The notes: generated by a model from the sequence alone, not told the origin. A DNA stretch of 64,000 nt from an uncultured bacterium (GCA_964607485.1 CAZSKP010000006.1:97157-161156), one strand, 5' to 3'; shown: positions 28,013 through 38,799, numbered from the stretch's first letter. A program made the numbers and translations.

Positions 28013-30129
28013 TTCGGTCCGGCCTCCTGCAGCGATTCATCCATGAGCGTGGCGCTGTCGCCGAAGGTCTTGCTGCGCCTCATGATGGGTGAACCTTCCA
28101 TCTGTTTGTAGAGTTGGTCGCCTGCCTCGTTCCTCTTCTCGAGGGTCAGGTCTCTGGCTTCGGCCACGTTGGCCACTATGCTCGGCGTGATGAAAATCAA
28201 CAGGTTCGTCTTCCTGCGCGTGTTCGATTTGCTCTTGAAAGCCCATCCGAGGATGGGAATGTCGCCCAGGAAGGGAACCTTGTTTATCGTCACGTTGTCG
28301 GTGTCCTGCATCAGCCCCCCGAGCACGAGCGTATTTTGGTCCTTGACCATGAGGGTCGTCTGGGCCTCGCGTTTGAACTCTGAGAGAACCTTGCCTGTTG
28401 TTCCGCCTGCGTCCACGGTGCTCACGTCGTTGACCTTCTGCACGATTTCCAGCCGCACCATACGCTCGGGACTGATATGAGGAGTTATCTCAAGAATAAT
28501 TCCTACGTCGCGGAATTCGAACGTCTCGCTCGTAGCCAGGGCGGTAGTCCCGCCGGTGTCCGTAAGCCTTTGAGTGATAAAGGGCACGTTCTGCGATACG
28601 TTTATCACCGCCTGCTCGTTGTCGAGCGTGAGCACGTGGGGCGCGGAGAGAATATTAAAATCGGAATTGGTTTCCGATGCGTTGAGTTCGACGAACGCCT
28701 TCAGAAGACCGGCGTCTATGTTGAGATATCCCACCGAGATGCCGGCAGGCGTAGCGCCCAGAACCGCGCCGCCCAGGTCATCGAACCCAACCGCCGCGGT
28801 GGAGGTGCTGAGGTTGCCGACAATCGAGCCGCCGCTCGACTGCTGATTCACTGCCGCAAAGCCATGGTCTTCGCCTCGCGGGTTTGCCACCTGCCACCTT
28901 ATGCCGAGGTCGCGGGTGAAGTCGAGACTGACTTCCGCGATCAACGTTTCCACCAGCACCTGCGGCCGCAATATATCGAGTTGCTCGATGACCCTGCTCA
29001 GAACGGTGTAATCCTGGGGCGTCGCGGTAATGATGAGAGAATTGGTGGTCTTGTCGGCGACGACCGAGACCTCCTTATAAAACGTGCGCACACCCGAGAC
29101 CGCAGCCGCTGCCGCCGTCGCACCCCCCTGCGCGCCCGCGGGAGTGGTGGTCGCGGCGAGGCTCGTCAGCACGGCGGCCACGTCTTCGGCCAGCGCGTTT
29201 TGCAGCCGATACACGTGAATGTTGTTGGCCTCGACGGGCGTTGTCTTGTCGAGCTCGCGGACAAGGAACCGCACCTGTTCCGTGTCGAATTCGTTCGCCA
29301 CGATTATGAGAGAGTTTGTGCGCAAGTCGGGGATAATCTTTACCTGTGCGCTGGAGGTGCCCGCGAGCGCCGGCTGAGTAGGAGTTATTCGCCTTCGAGT
29401 GCGTGCAACGGGAACGCCGGGCGTGGTGGCAGTGCTGGGTTCGAGCGCCTGCAGTATCTCCTGCGCCAGTATGTCGGCCTGCGCGTTGACAAGCGGAATT
29501 ATCGTGATGGTCTCCTCGAAGCCCGGGACGTCTATTTCCTTGACTATTTCAAGCAGCCGCTTGATGTTGGAAGAGGTTTCGGTAATGATGATGGTGTTGG
29601 TATTGGGGTAAGCTGCGATGTTCGCGTCGCGGGAGATGAGCGGGGTGAAAATGCTCACGAGCGCCTGCGCGTCGGAATACTTTATGGGTATCAACTGCGT
29701 GATAATCTGGTCGCCTCCGTGGACCTTCGAGGCCTCGCGCCCGGGGACAACGGGGATGCTCTTCTGGGTGGCGGTCCTGCTGGGCACCACTTTGACGACA
29801 TTGCCGAGCGGCACCAGCGAGAACCCGTTGAGCTCGAGAATGGACTGGAAAATGCCGTATGCCTCCTCCTTGGGCACGCGCTTCGGCGCTATGACCGTGA
29901 CGTTTCCCTTCACCGCCGGGTCGATGATGAAGTTCTTGCCGGTCACCCGGCTGATCACATCGATAACCTCCATGATGGGTGCGTTATCGAAATTGATGGA
30001 TATCTCGTTGTTCTCTTCGTTGGCGCCCGGACGAGAGGGCCTCACTTGCTGGGCAGTCGCGCCGGACCCGGGACCCAGAGCCAGGCCGAGAGCGAGCGCC
30101 GCTGCCATGATGATGCGATAATTACCCAT
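28009..30129 (-). CDS. gspD: Type II secretion secretin D
   Basis: Signal peptide, N0 domain (INF.NA.I, TGKNFIIDP), N-domain repeats (TNSLII), QVLVE..IAEV, DVGI.L.ITP, KVPFLGDIP.LG and L.IFITP. Confidence 0.95.
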   Translation of the reverse strand: MGNYRIIMAAALALGLALGPGSGATAQQVRPSRPGANEENNEISINFDNAPIMEVIDVISRVTGKNFIIDPAVKGNVTVIAPKRVPKEEAYGIFQSILELNGFSLVPLGNVVKVVPSRTATQKSIPVVPGREASKVHGGDQIITQLIPIKYSDAQALVSIFTPLISRDANIAAYPNTNTIIITETSSNIKRLLEIVKEIDVPGFEETITIIPLVNAQADILAQEILQALEPSTATTPGVPVARTRRRITPTQPALAGTSSAQVKIIPDLRTNSLIIVANEFDTEQVRFLVRELDKTTPVEANNIHVYRLQNALAEDVAAVLTSLAATTTPAGAQGGATAAAAAVSGVRTFYKEVSVVADKTTNSLIITATPQDYTVLSRVIEQLDILRPQVLVETLIAEVSLDFTRDLGIRWQVANPRGEDHGFAAVNQQSSGGSIVGNLSTSTAAVGFDDLGGAVLGATPAGISVGYLNIDAGLLKAFVELNASETNSDFNILSAPHVLTLDNEQAVINVSQNVPFITQRLTDTGGTTALATSETFEFRDVGIILEITPHISPERMVRLEIVQKVNDVSTVDAGGTTGKVLSEFKREAQTTLMVKDQNTLVLGGLMQDTDNVTINKVPFLGDIPILGWAFKSKSNTRRKTNLLIFITPSIVANVAEARDLTLEKRNEAGDQLYKQMEGSPIMRRSKTFGDSATLMDESLQEAGPK

Positions 30130-30185
30130 CCGATAAGTTCTCCCGTCGCGCTATGCGCCGTTTGCTGAGTATGCTCGGTTTCCCG

Positions 30186-31112
30186 CTAGCGGATCTTGTA
30201 CACGAGCGTTCTGTGACGGCCGTCGCGCTCGATGACCACGCGTATCTCGGGCGCGTTCTGGAGGCGGTCTTTGAGCTCGAGTACGTCATTCAGAGAGTTG
30301 ATGCGCACACCGTTGACGCTCTTGACTATGTCGCCCGACCGGATGCCCGATTGCTCGACAAGAGGTCCCGACCCGACCGCGTCGATGCTGACGCCGGCCG
30401 GTTTGTTTTCCACAACGTTCGGACTCGTGCGAAATTCGTTCAAAAGCTGGCCCGGATTGTTGCTTACCTCATCCATCAGCTTTGCCCGGTTGATATATCG
30501 CAGATTCTCGTTGACGACGCGGATCGAGGTGTCGAAGGCCGAAGAGGAACGGGCCGGAGCCCGGAATACGGATTGCCGCCTGTCGAACGGCAAGGGCGAA
30601 CTGGCCGCGAAGGGACTCTCATCCGTAAACGACATCGCCAGCACCTCGCGCCTGCCCGCCCTCGATATTACGACCTCCCACTCGCGTATCTCTTCCACTT
30701 TTGCGTCGGCAACGATAAAATCCCCGGGCGCATAGGTGCCTTCGGTCCTTCTTCTCTTGTCACGGATGATCGCAAAGCTCAGGTCGGGCTCATATGACGC
30801 AACGCATCCCAGCAGCTCCAGCTCGAGCGTGGTCTCGGGCAACTGTTCCTCTATCACCCTCTTGGCTGCGACGTTCGATGAGGACAGCGCGCCGAATAGA
30901 TTGCTCTCTCTGAGGGACGCATATTGTTCGTATGACCGGATTTTCGGATGGGTTCCGGCGATTCTTATGGAAGGTGAGTCGGTGAGCGGTTCGGGTTTCG
31001 ACACCGGTGTCATGAACAGATATTGCATGGTTTTCACGAGGAAAAAGACGGCCACGGCCGTCAGGACCAGGTCGATCCCCCAGAAACCGGCTTTAATCTG
31101 CTGGACTCTCAT
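30186..31112 (-). CDS. gspC: Type II secretion protein C with PDZ domain
   Basis: N-terminal TM, HR domain (LELLG...AII) and PDZ (GIRSGDIVKSVNG). Confidence 0.85.
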   Translation of the reverse strand: MRVQQIKAGFWGIDLVLTAVAVFFLVKTMQYLFMTPVSKPEPLTDSPSIRIAGTHPKIRSYEQYASLRESNLFGALSSSNVAAKRVIEEQLPETTLELELLGCVASYEPDLSFAIIRDKRRRTEGTYAPGDFIVADAKVEEIREWEVVISRAGRREVLAMSFTDESPFAASSPLPFDRRQSVFRAPARSSSAFDTSIRVVNENLRYINRAKLMDEVSNNPGQLLNEFRTSPNVVENKPAGVSIDAVGSGPLVEQSGIRSGDIVKSVNGVRINSLNDVLELKDRLQNAPEIRVVIERDGRHRTLVYKIR

Positions 31113-31153
31113 CGGCTAACACCACCGCTGGCAAAGGGAAAAGGCACTTTTTA

Positions 31154-31182
31154 ATTATAAACTCTGCCGGGAACAAAGTCAA
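31154..31182 (-). promoter_or_regulatory. Sigma70 promoter (TTGACT-N17-TATAAT) of the gsp operon
   Basis: Near-perfect consensus 41 nt upstream of gspC. Confidence 0.7.
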
Positions 31183-31628
31183 TTGGCGGAGTTTTCTTTT
31201 TTCGCCCTCATTACCTTCTTTTCGTCGGGCAAGGACGGAAAAAGAAGCTAGGGGAGAGGAGCGGATGGAGGCGAATGAGAAGAGGATATCCGTGGACGCA
31301 GCCGCGCTGAAGTTCTTTGCCGAGGGTATCTTGGTATGTGTCATCGACGGCTTTCCTGCGGCGAAGCCGTTTGACGGGCACCCCGTGCCGGCCACAAGGG
31401 CATTAAACCACAGATGTCGTCTGTTGTCAACAAATTGCGATAGAATGGGGCGATAGCGGCGAGGCCGCACAATAGTTGAATATGCTGGCTGGTTTGTGGT
31501 ATCCTTATACGTTGTGAAAAACGGCTGTTCTTGGCGCTAATCGCAGGAGGGCGTGGGCAATTCTCGTGTCCCCTGATGGCAGGGGAAGTGACGGGAATTG
31601 CCTTAGGACTGTCAAGGAGGAGGTCCGA

Positions 31629-32558
31629 ATGGGAAAGGTCACGATGGTCGGGGGCGGAAACGTCGGCGCCACTACTGTTCAGCATATCGCACAGAGGGAA
31701 ATGTGCGAAGAACTTGTCATGATAGACATCGTCGAGGGGCTGCCTCAGGGCAAGGGGCTCGACATGTGGGAGACGGCTCCCCTGCTGGGTTCGGACACGC
31801 GCGTGCAGGGCAGCAACGAGATGGCGGCCATGAAGGACTCGGACCTGGTCCTGATGACGGCTGGGCTCGCGCGCAAGCCCGGAATGTCGCGTTCCGACCT
31901 GCTCGACAAGAACGCCGCCATCATAAGGGGCATCGTTGAAGACATCGTGCGATATGCGCCGAAGGCGATAATCATGGTCGTCACAAATCCGCTCGACGTG
32001 ATGACATATCTCGCATATCGCGTCTCGGGCTTCGGCAGGGAACGCGTGTTCGGCATGGCCGGCGTGCTCGACTCGGCAAGGCTCCGCAGCTTTGTGGCGA
32101 TGGAACTGGGAGTGTCGGTCAAGGACACCCAGGCGCTCGTTCTGGGCGGCCACGGCGATTCGATGGTACCGCTGCCCCGGTACACCACGGTCGCGGGAAT
32201 CCCCATAACGCAGCTCATGGACGAGGCCACCATATCGAGGATTGTCGAACGCACCCGCAAGGCCGGCGGCGAGATAGTGGGACTCCTAAAAACCGGAAGC
32301 GCGTACTACTCGCCCGGAGCCTCGCTCGCGGAGATGGTGGAGGCGGTGGTGAGAAACAAGAAACGTGTCCTTCCCTGCGCCGCGATTCTGGATGGAGAAT
32401 ACGGCCTCAGCGACGTGTGCGCGGGAGTACCGGCGCTGCTCGGGGCGAAGGGGATAGAAAAAATAATAGAAATCTCGCTCGAACCCTCCGAACTCGAGAC
32501 ACTAAAGAAGTCGGCCCAAGACGTGAGGAAAGACATCGACCGCCTGAACCTGCCATGA
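31629..32558 (+). CDS. mdh: Malate dehydrogenase (LDH-like)
   Basis: GGGNVG, TAG.ARKPGMSR.DL, TNPLD, LDSAR, LGGHGD and TGSAYY. SD AAGGAGGAGG precedes the ATG at 31629. Confidence 0.95.
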   Translation: MGKVTMVGGGNVGATTVQHIAQREMCEELVMIDIVEGLPQGKGLDMWETAPLLGSDTRVQGSNEMAAMKDSDLVLMTAGLARKPGMSRSDLLDKNAAIIRGIVEDIVRYAPKAIIMVVTNPLDVMTYLAYRVSGFGRERVFGMAGVLDSARLRSFVAMELGVSVKDTQALVLGGHGDSMVPLPRYTTVAGIPITQLMDEATISRIVERTRKAGGEIVGLLKTGSAYYSPGASLAEMVEAVVRNKKRVLPCAAILDGEYGLSDVCAGVPALLGAKGIEKIIEISLEPSELETLKKSAQDVRKDIDRLNLP

Positions 32559-33712
32559 CCGTTACGCACACATCGACGACACTCCGCCCGACCAGGGCCA
32601 TTGTGGACCTGGCCGCCATTGAGCACAACCTGACACGGATTCGCGGGTTGGTCGGCGAGGGGGTCAAGATTCTGGCCGTCGTCAAGGCCGACGCATACGG
32701 CCACGGCGCGGTCGAGGTCGCCCGCCTGTGCGCTCGCGCCGGAGCGACGATGCTCGGCGTGGCCACCGTCGAGGAAGGCGCGGAGCTGAGAAAAGCCGGC
32801 ATCGGGCTCCCGATATTGTTGCAATGCTGCATAGGGGAGGCCGAGATAGAAGCGGCTCTCGAGAGCGGCCTCACCCTGACAGCGGCTTCTCGCGAGTTTG
32901 CAGCGAAACTCTCCGGAAAGGCGTCAAGCGCGGGAGTCACCGCAACGGTTCACGCCGACATAGACACCGGAATGGGACGAATCGGGTTTACGCCGGAGTC
33001 GGCCGTTGAGGAGATTGCCGAGGTCGCGAGCCTGCCCCACGTGAAACTCGATGGAATATACACGCACTTCTCGACGTCCGAAATCGAAAACGACCCTTTC
33101 ACGCTGGGCCAATTGGAACTCTTCGGAAAGATAACTGAGGCGCTTTCCGCGCGGGGCGTCAGACCGCCCAGAATCCACGCGGCCAACAGCGGCGCAATAA
33201 TAAATTATCCCGCGTCACACCTGAGCATGGTGCGGCCCGGCCTCATCCTGTACGGAGCCTACCCTCACGAAAGCCTGAGGAGCAAGGTCGAACTGCGCGC
33301 GGCTCTCAAGTTCGAGACGTCGATAGTTTTCCTGAAGGACATCCCGGCCGGGACCCCGCTGGGATACGGGCGCACGTTCGTCGCCTCGAAGCGCTTGAGA
33401 ATCGCGACGGCCGGTGTTGGATATGCGGATGGGTATCCCTGGCGGCTCTCAAGCAAGGCCAAGGCAATCGTCCGGGGAACGCTCGTGCCGGTGGTCGGAA
33501 GGGTGAGCATGGACCAATTACTGCTCGACGTCAGCCCCGTTCCCGACGCCGGACTCGGGGACACGGTCACGCTCCTGGGCGAAGACGGCTCCGAGCACAT
33601 ACGCGCCGAGGACCTGGCTGAATGGGCGGGCAGCATTCCGTATGAGATACTGTGCGGAATCAGCAAGAGGGTTCCCCGCCAATACACGGGGGAGAAACAG
33701 GCGACGGCTTGA
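32555..33712 (+). CDS. alr: Alanine racemase
   Basis: AVVKADAYGHG (PLP lysine), DTGMGRIG, ANS, VRPG, GYADG, GRVSMDQ and YEI. ATG at 32555 overlaps the mdh stop. Confidence 0.95.
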   Translation: MTVTHTSTTLRPTRAIVDLAAIEHNLTRIRGLVGEGVKILAVVKADAYGHGAVEVARLCARAGATMLGVATVEEGAELRKAGIGLPILLQCCIGEAEIEAALESGLTLTAASREFAAKLSGKASSAGVTATVHADIDTGMGRIGFTPESAVEEIAEVASLPHVKLDGIYTHFSTSEIENDPFTLGQLELFGKITEALSARGVRPPRIHAANSGAIINYPASHLSMVRPGLILYGAYPHESLRSKVELRAALKFETSIVFLKDIPAGTPLGYGRTFVASKRLRIATAGVGYADGYPWRLSSKAKAIVRGTLVPVVGRVSMDQLLLDVSPVPDAGLGDTVTLLGEDGSEHIRAEDLAEWAGSIPYEILCGISKRVPRQYTGEKQATA

Positions 33713-33816
33713 CCAATGCGGTCGCCGAGGTGCACAATAAAGAGGGGATAAACCCGCAAGCGATTCACTCTGTTTTGAGGAATCCTTGGGGAAAGGAAGG
33801 CGAAGAGACGACCCTG

Positions 33817-34776
33817 ATGAATGTTAAAGGACTGGAAAAAGCCTCAGAATCGATAAGCGCGCTCGAGAACAACATCGCCTCTGTCATCTTCGGCAAGCAC
33901 AAGGCCGTCCGGTTGGCCGTGGCGGCGTTGCTGGCGAAGGGGCACCTGCTGATAGAGGACGTGCCCGGCATCGGTAAGACGACGCTCGCCCGCGCTATCG
34001 CCAAATCGATCGACTGCACCTTTCAGCGGATACAGTTCACGAGCGACCTGCTGCCGTCGGACATAATCGGCGTGACAATCTACAACCAGCACACACACCA
34101 ATTCGAGTTCAAGGCCGGCCCGATATTCGCCAACGTGATTCTCGCCGACGAGATAAACCGCACCACTCCGAAGACTCAGAGCTGTTTGCTCGAGGCCATG
34201 AACGAGTTGCAGGTGTCGGTCGACGGCGTCACGTACCGGCTGCCGGAGCCGTTTCTCGTGTTGGCAACACAGAATCCCGTGGAGTTTCACGGCACATATC
34301 CGCTTCCCGAGTCGCAGCTTGACAGGTTCATGCTCAAGGTGAGGATGGGATACCCGCCGAGCGAGGACGAGAAGAACATGATAACGGGCCAGCAGCTTAC
34401 GGCCCCCGTCGATAACCTCGCGCCGGTTGTTCCCGCGGAAGACATCTGCGTGATGCAGAACATGGTCGCCGACGTGAGAGTCGAGGGTGCGCTCGTGGAT
34501 TACCTCATGGCGATCATCGAGGCGACACGTCACTCGCCGTCTATCGAGCTGGGCGTCAGCCCCCGCGGCGCGATGAGTTTCTACAGGGCCGCCCAGGCGA
34601 ACGCGCTCGTGATGGGACGCGACTACTGCATTCCCGACGACATAAAAGACCTGGCAATTCCCTGCCTTTCCCACCGAGTGATCCCCGCAACGAGGCTTGA
34701 CGTGGAAGGCCCCCGCACCGAGGTGGCCGAACGAGCCATCGCCGAAATCTTGAATCGGACTCCTGTTCCGCTTTGA
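33817..34776 (+). CDS. moxR: MoxR family AAA+ ATPase
   Basis: GHLLIEDVPGIGKT, RIQFT.DLLPSD, LADEINR, ATQNP, LPESQLDRF and SPR. Confidence 0.92.
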   Translation: MNVKGLEKASESISALENNIASVIFGKHKAVRLAVAALLAKGHLLIEDVPGIGKTTLARAIAKSIDCTFQRIQFTSDLLPSDIIGVTIYNQHTHQFEFKAGPIFANVILADEINRTTPKTQSCLLEAMNELQVSVDGVTYRLPEPFLVLATQNPVEFHGTYPLPESQLDRFMLKVRMGYPPSEDEKNMITGQQLTAPVDNLAPVVPAEDICVMQNMVADVRVEGALVDYLMAIIEATRHSPSIELGVSPRGAMSFYRAAQANALVMGRDYCIPDDIKDLAIPCLSHRVIPATRLDVEGPRTEVAERAIAEILNRTPVPL

Positions 34777-34801
34777 GCCCCCGGAGGACGAGGAATAAGA
34801 A

Positions 34802-35890
34802 TTGACACCGAGTTCTCATAAAATCTCCCGTTCCCGTTTCTTGAGCACGATGTCGGGCGAGACGCTGGCGTTTCTCGCGCTGCTCGTTTCGATAATACTC
34901 GCGGGATTCAACAGCGGCAACAACCTGCTTTACCTGATTGCCTGCGTCATGCTGGGGAGCGTGTTCGTCTCGCTGGTCGCAGGCCGCGTCAATCTTTCGC
35001 GCCTCGAGGTGAGGAGGCGGCTGCCGACGTACGTCTTCGCCGGCCATCCGTTCAGGACGCGCTTGGAGATATTCAATAAGAAAAAGCATTTTCACTCGTT
35101 CGGAATCAATCTCGAGGGCGCGGCCGGGGGCGACGGACATCTGTTCTTCGTATCGATTGCGAACGAGGGCAGCCGGGCGCGCGAGACGGAGGTCGTGCTC
35201 AGAAGGAGGGGGCTGCATAAGTTTCCTCCGATGACGTTGAGCTCGAAGTTTCCGTGGGGTTTGTTCAACTTGAGGAAACGAACTTCCGACCGGCAGGAGG
35301 TCATTGTTTATCCGCACATCTACGACCTCGGCAGGATGGTGCCCGGCTCGGGCTACATCCGGGACGAATTTCCCCAGCATCTCAAGGGGCCGGGGAGCGG
35401 CTTGTACGGCGTGCGCGAATACCGGCACGGGGAAGATGGGGCGAGAATTTGTTGGAAGCTCTCGGCAAAGCTGGACAGGTTGATAGTGAGAGAGACCGAG
35501 TTAGAGGAAAAGCGAAGGGTGTGCATCGTATTCGACAATGCGCTGAAAGAGCGTTCCAAGGAGGCGCTCGGTGCGTTCGAGCGCGCCGTGAGCGCCGCGG
35601 CCTCGCTCGTGTGGTTTCTGTGCAGGAGCGGGTACTCCGTCAAGCTTGTCACGCGCGGCAACGTCGTTGCTTATGGAGATGGACTCGATCACATGCACCG
35701 GATGCTCATCGCTCTGGCGCTGCTCGAGGCGGCCGCGTCCGACGATGAAGGTCCCTTGGCGGATAAGCGCATGTTCGAAGGAGGCACCGGCCTGCTTGTC
35801 GGCTGCGCAGACGGAGCTGCCGAGATTCGCTCGGTTGACGGCGATTTCGCGCTGGCGATCCCCGAAAGAACCCGGGTTGACGAAGCATGA
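34802..35890 (+). CDS. DUF58 domain protein
   Basis: NSGNNLLY, RRG, P.GLF, VYP and VREY..GED...I.WKLSAK; follows moxR. Confidence 0.85.
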   Translation: MTPSSHKISRSRFLSTMSGETLAFLALLVSIILAGFNSGNNLLYLIACVMLGSVFVSLVAGRVNLSRLEVRRRLPTYVFAGHPFRTRLEIFNKKKHFHSFGINLEGAAGGDGHLFFVSIANEGSRARETEVVLRRRGLHKFPPMTLSSKFPWGLFNLRKRTSDRQEVIVYPHIYDLGRMVPGSGYIRDEFPQHLKGPGSGLYGVREYRHGEDGARICWKLSAKLDRLIVRETELEEKRRVCIVFDNALKERSKEALGAFERAVSAAASLVWFLCRSGYSVKLVTRGNVVAYGDGLDHMHRMLIALALLEAAASDDEGPLADKRMFEGGTGLLVGCADGAAEIRSVDGDFALAIPERTRVDEA

Positions 35891-38172
35891 AAGCACAGAC
35901 GCATCTCAGAATTTGTGCCTACCTGCTCACGTTGCTGGGGCTGTGGTCGGTCACGATGACGGAGTACTTCTCCTCCATCTGGCCGATTGCCGCGACGGCT
36001 ATGGTTGCAGCCGGCTGGTTCTATGAAGGGCCGCACAAACATCGACGCGCGTACCGACGAGTATGGATGGCGCTGAGCATTTGCATGCTGTTGTTTTTCC
36101 CCTTCGACGTGACCCTCGTCGGCAGTCTGCTGCTTTCCGCTGTACACCTGTCAATGTTCGCCCAGGCGTATCTCCTCTTCAGTCCGAAGACAATCGGCTC
36201 CTATCGCCGGATGTTTGTGGTAAGCTTCGCCCAACTGCTCGCCTCGTCCAATCTCACGTCCGACGTCGTATTTGCCGCCGTTCTGACCGCATATTGCATC
36301 ACGGCGATTTACGGCGTGTTGCTCATGTACCTGCAGCGCGGCTTGGAGACATCGGACGACGCGGATGCCTCACCGCTCGACGAACAGAATGTGCCACATG
36401 GCCTGTTCGGCTCGTCGGTCGTATGGGCCACGATTCTGCTTCCGCTGACTCTGGCGTTTTTCTACAGTGCTCCACGCCTGCAATACGCGGTAATCGCCCG
36501 CGGAAGCACCGTGGATGCGCTGAGTCGGATGAACCGCGTGAGGCAGCAGACCGGGTTCACAAAGACCGTGCAGTTGGGAACCTTCGGGCGAATTCAGGAA
36601 GATAACACGCTCGCTTTGCGAGTCGAAATTCCGCCCGACTCGCCGGCAAGGAAGCACCCGCTCAGATGGCGGGGCGGCGCAGTGAACATTTACGACGGTA
36701 TGACCTGGAGCTCGAGCAGAGACTACTTTTCTTATTACAACGGCAAGAGATGGAGCACGGGAGGCAAGAATGTAGGGCTGATATATCCGCGGAAGAACGA
36801 CCTCTTCATAATGGACGAACAGTACACCGACTATGGAAACGCCGGGCAGTTGGACGCCGACCCGCAGCTCTTGAAGCAAGTGTTTTACCTGGAGGTTCCC
36901 TTCTCCGAAAGCATTTTCGGAGCCGACCATATCGAGGCGATCGAAGGTCCCTTCACGTATGGGCTCGTGCAGGATTTCAATCGGTCGTTCTACATAAATA
37001 ACAGGCAGGCCCTTCCCGAACTCATCAGCTACACGGTTTATTCGACCGTCTATGAGCCGGACGAGGCCGAGCTCAGAAAGGTGCGCCCCGAAGAGTTCGA
37101 AGCATTGATAGAGAACGAAGAGTACGGCTCCTACGTCAAGGCTCATTACTTGCAGCTACCCACCAGCCTGAACCCGAGCATCAGAGAACTGGCGCTGGAC
37201 ATTACCAAAAACGCCGACACACCATACGACAAGGTGAAGGCGATCAAAGACTATCTGGAAACACGATACACTTACAGTCTCGACCTCGGCAAACCCATCA
37301 CGGATGACCCGCTCTATGATTTTCTCTTTGTCAGCCGAAGCGGACACTGCGAGTATTTCGCCACAGCAATGGCGATAATGACCCGCGTCGTCGGCATGCC
37401 CGCTCGACTGGCAAGAGGATTCCAGGCGGGCGAGTGGAATGAAGCCGGCGGGTTCTACGAAGTGCGTCAACGCGATGCGCACGCATGGGTCGAGGTGTAT
37501 TTCCCCGGCCACGGCTGGGTTTCGTTCGACCCCTCACCGCGCGAAGCCGCCGACGAATACTTCGAGGCCCAACGCTCGTTCATCGCGCGCGCTCTTTCCA
37601 AGAGGCTCATGCTGTTACAGGTACAATGGCGCAAGTACATCGTCGGTTACAACGAAGTCCGGAGACTGCGCCTGTTTGCCGAGCTGAAAGACCTGATATT
37701 CCGAGACGCGCCGAAGGCTGTGGTCGCACTGCCGGGCAAACTGGTGAGGATGATTTGGAATTTGACCGGCGTTCAATGGCTTATGCTCATGGCAATTGCC
37801 GCAATCCTGACTGCGGCCGTGTTGGCATACAGAAGGAGTGGCATGCTCCCCGCCTTTTCATGGGCGATGAGGCGGTCAAAATCCCGCATATATGGCACCG
37901 CCTTTTACGAACGAATGCTGAGCTTGTTGGAGAAGAGGAAGATTGTGAAGCCCTCCGATTGGACGCCGCTTGAATTTCTCGGCTTCCCCGCTCTGCGCGA
38001 GCATCCAATGGTAACCGACATTGAAGCGCTGACTTCCATATATTATCGCGTGCGATTTGGGGGCGAAATCCTCGCAGAAAATGAGACCGCCAGCGTCAAC
38101 GATATCCTCAAACGCCTCAAGCAATCAAACGGCCGAATTCACCGCCGCGAGCCCACCACAGAGAGAATCTGA
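35887..38172 (+). CDS. TgpA-like membrane transglutaminase (DUF3488, transglutaminase, DUF4129)
   Basis: N-terminal TMs; triad motifs GHCEYFATAM, HAWVEVY and FDP; C-terminal YY.VRFG. Confidence 0.88.
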   Translation: MKAQTHLRICAYLLTLLGLWSVTMTEYFSSIWPIAATAMVAAGWFYEGPHKHRRAYRRVWMALSICMLLFFPFDVTLVGSLLLSAVHLSMFAQAYLLFSPKTIGSYRRMFVVSFAQLLASSNLTSDVVFAAVLTAYCITAIYGVLLMYLQRGLETSDDADASPLDEQNVPHGLFGSSVVWATILLPLTLAFFYSAPRLQYAVIARGSTVDALSRMNRVRQQTGFTKTVQLGTFGRIQEDNTLALRVEIPPDSPARKHPLRWRGGAVNIYDGMTWSSSRDYFSYYNGKRWSTGGKNVGLIYPRKNDLFIMDEQYTDYGNAGQLDADPQLLKQVFYLEVPFSESIFGADHIEAIEGPFTYGLVQDFNRSFYINNRQALPELISYTVYSTVYEPDEAELRKVRPEEFEALIENEEYGSYVKAHYLQLPTSLNPSIRELALDITKNADTPYDKVKAIKDYLETRYTYSLDLGKPITDDPLYDFLFVSRSGHCEYFATAMAIMTRVVGMPARLARGFQAGEWNEAGGFYEVRQRDAHAWVEVYFPGHGWVSFDPSPREAADEYFEAQRSFIARALSKRLMLLQVQWRKYIVGYNEVRRLRLFAELKDLIFRDAPKAVVALPGKLVRMIWNLTGVQWLMLMAIAAILTAAVLAYRRSGMLPAFSWAMRRSKSRIYGTAFYERMLSLLEKRKIVKPSDWTPLEFLGFPALREHPMVTDIEALTSIYYRVRFGGEILAENETASVNDILKRLKQSNGRIHRREPTTERI

Positions 38173-38338
38173 ACGCCCTATCCGCCCCGCTGCCCGAGAA
38201 AGGTTTTCGCCACAGCCATTTACAGAGGAGAACCGCCGGATTTGCCGCTGCACCGGGCACGCAGGGCGGGGCGGGAGGAATCTGGAGAATGTGCTGGGCG
38301 AAAAGGGGCCCTTCACGCCGACAAATTATCCTCTTGAT

Positions 38339-38367
38339 TTGACATATTTAAAGTCGTATGTTATACT
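38339..38367 (+). promoter_or_regulatory. Sigma70 promoter (TTGACA-N17-TATACT, extended -10)
   Basis: Near-consensus hexamers upstream of the HU/IHF gene. Confidence 0.65.
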
Positions 38368-38500
38368 TATGCCGATTCGGGGGATGGGTTGTCCTTCGAA
38401 TGATTTCTTGCTGATGCAATATTACATACCTCAAATAAATGGATGTCGGCGACGACGCGTTTCAGGTTCAGGAATTGGATGAGGAAAGGAGCTCATTCTC

Positions 38501-38797
38501 ATGACGAAAAGGGAGTTGGTAATCGAGGTCGCCAGACAGCTCGGCTTCACACAGAACGACGTGGCGCGGGTGGTCCAGACGGCGTTTGACGTGATCACCG
38601 ATTCGCTCGCCCAAGGGAAGCGCCTCGAAATCAGGAACTTCGGTGTGTTCGAGGTAAAGACCCGCGACGCGCGCATCGGCCGCAACCCGCGGACTGGTGA
38701 AGAGGTGCCCATCCCGGAAAAACGCGTCGCCACGTTCAAACCGGGCAAGCTGATTAAGGAGAGGGTGGAGAATTCGCGTCCGGAGCCTGCCGTGTAG
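38501..38797 (+). CDS. HU/IHF family DNA-binding protein
   Basis: MTKREL, EIRNFGVF, R.GRNPRTGE and FKPGK motifs. Confidence 0.95.
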   Translation: MTKRELVIEVARQLGFTQNDVARVVQTAFDVITDSLAQGKRLEIRNFGVFEVKTRDARIGRNPRTGEEVPIPEKRVATFKPGKLIKERVENSRPEPAV

Positions 38798-38799
38798 CG

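Noticed and set aside
28477-30168. 563-aa plus-strand ORF and many other long overlapping ORFs (e.g. 1530-2909, 11838-13064, 17774-19057, 45674-47005)
   Set aside because: They are antisense or alternate-frame shadows of well-supported genes, expected in high-GC DNA, and carry no motifs.
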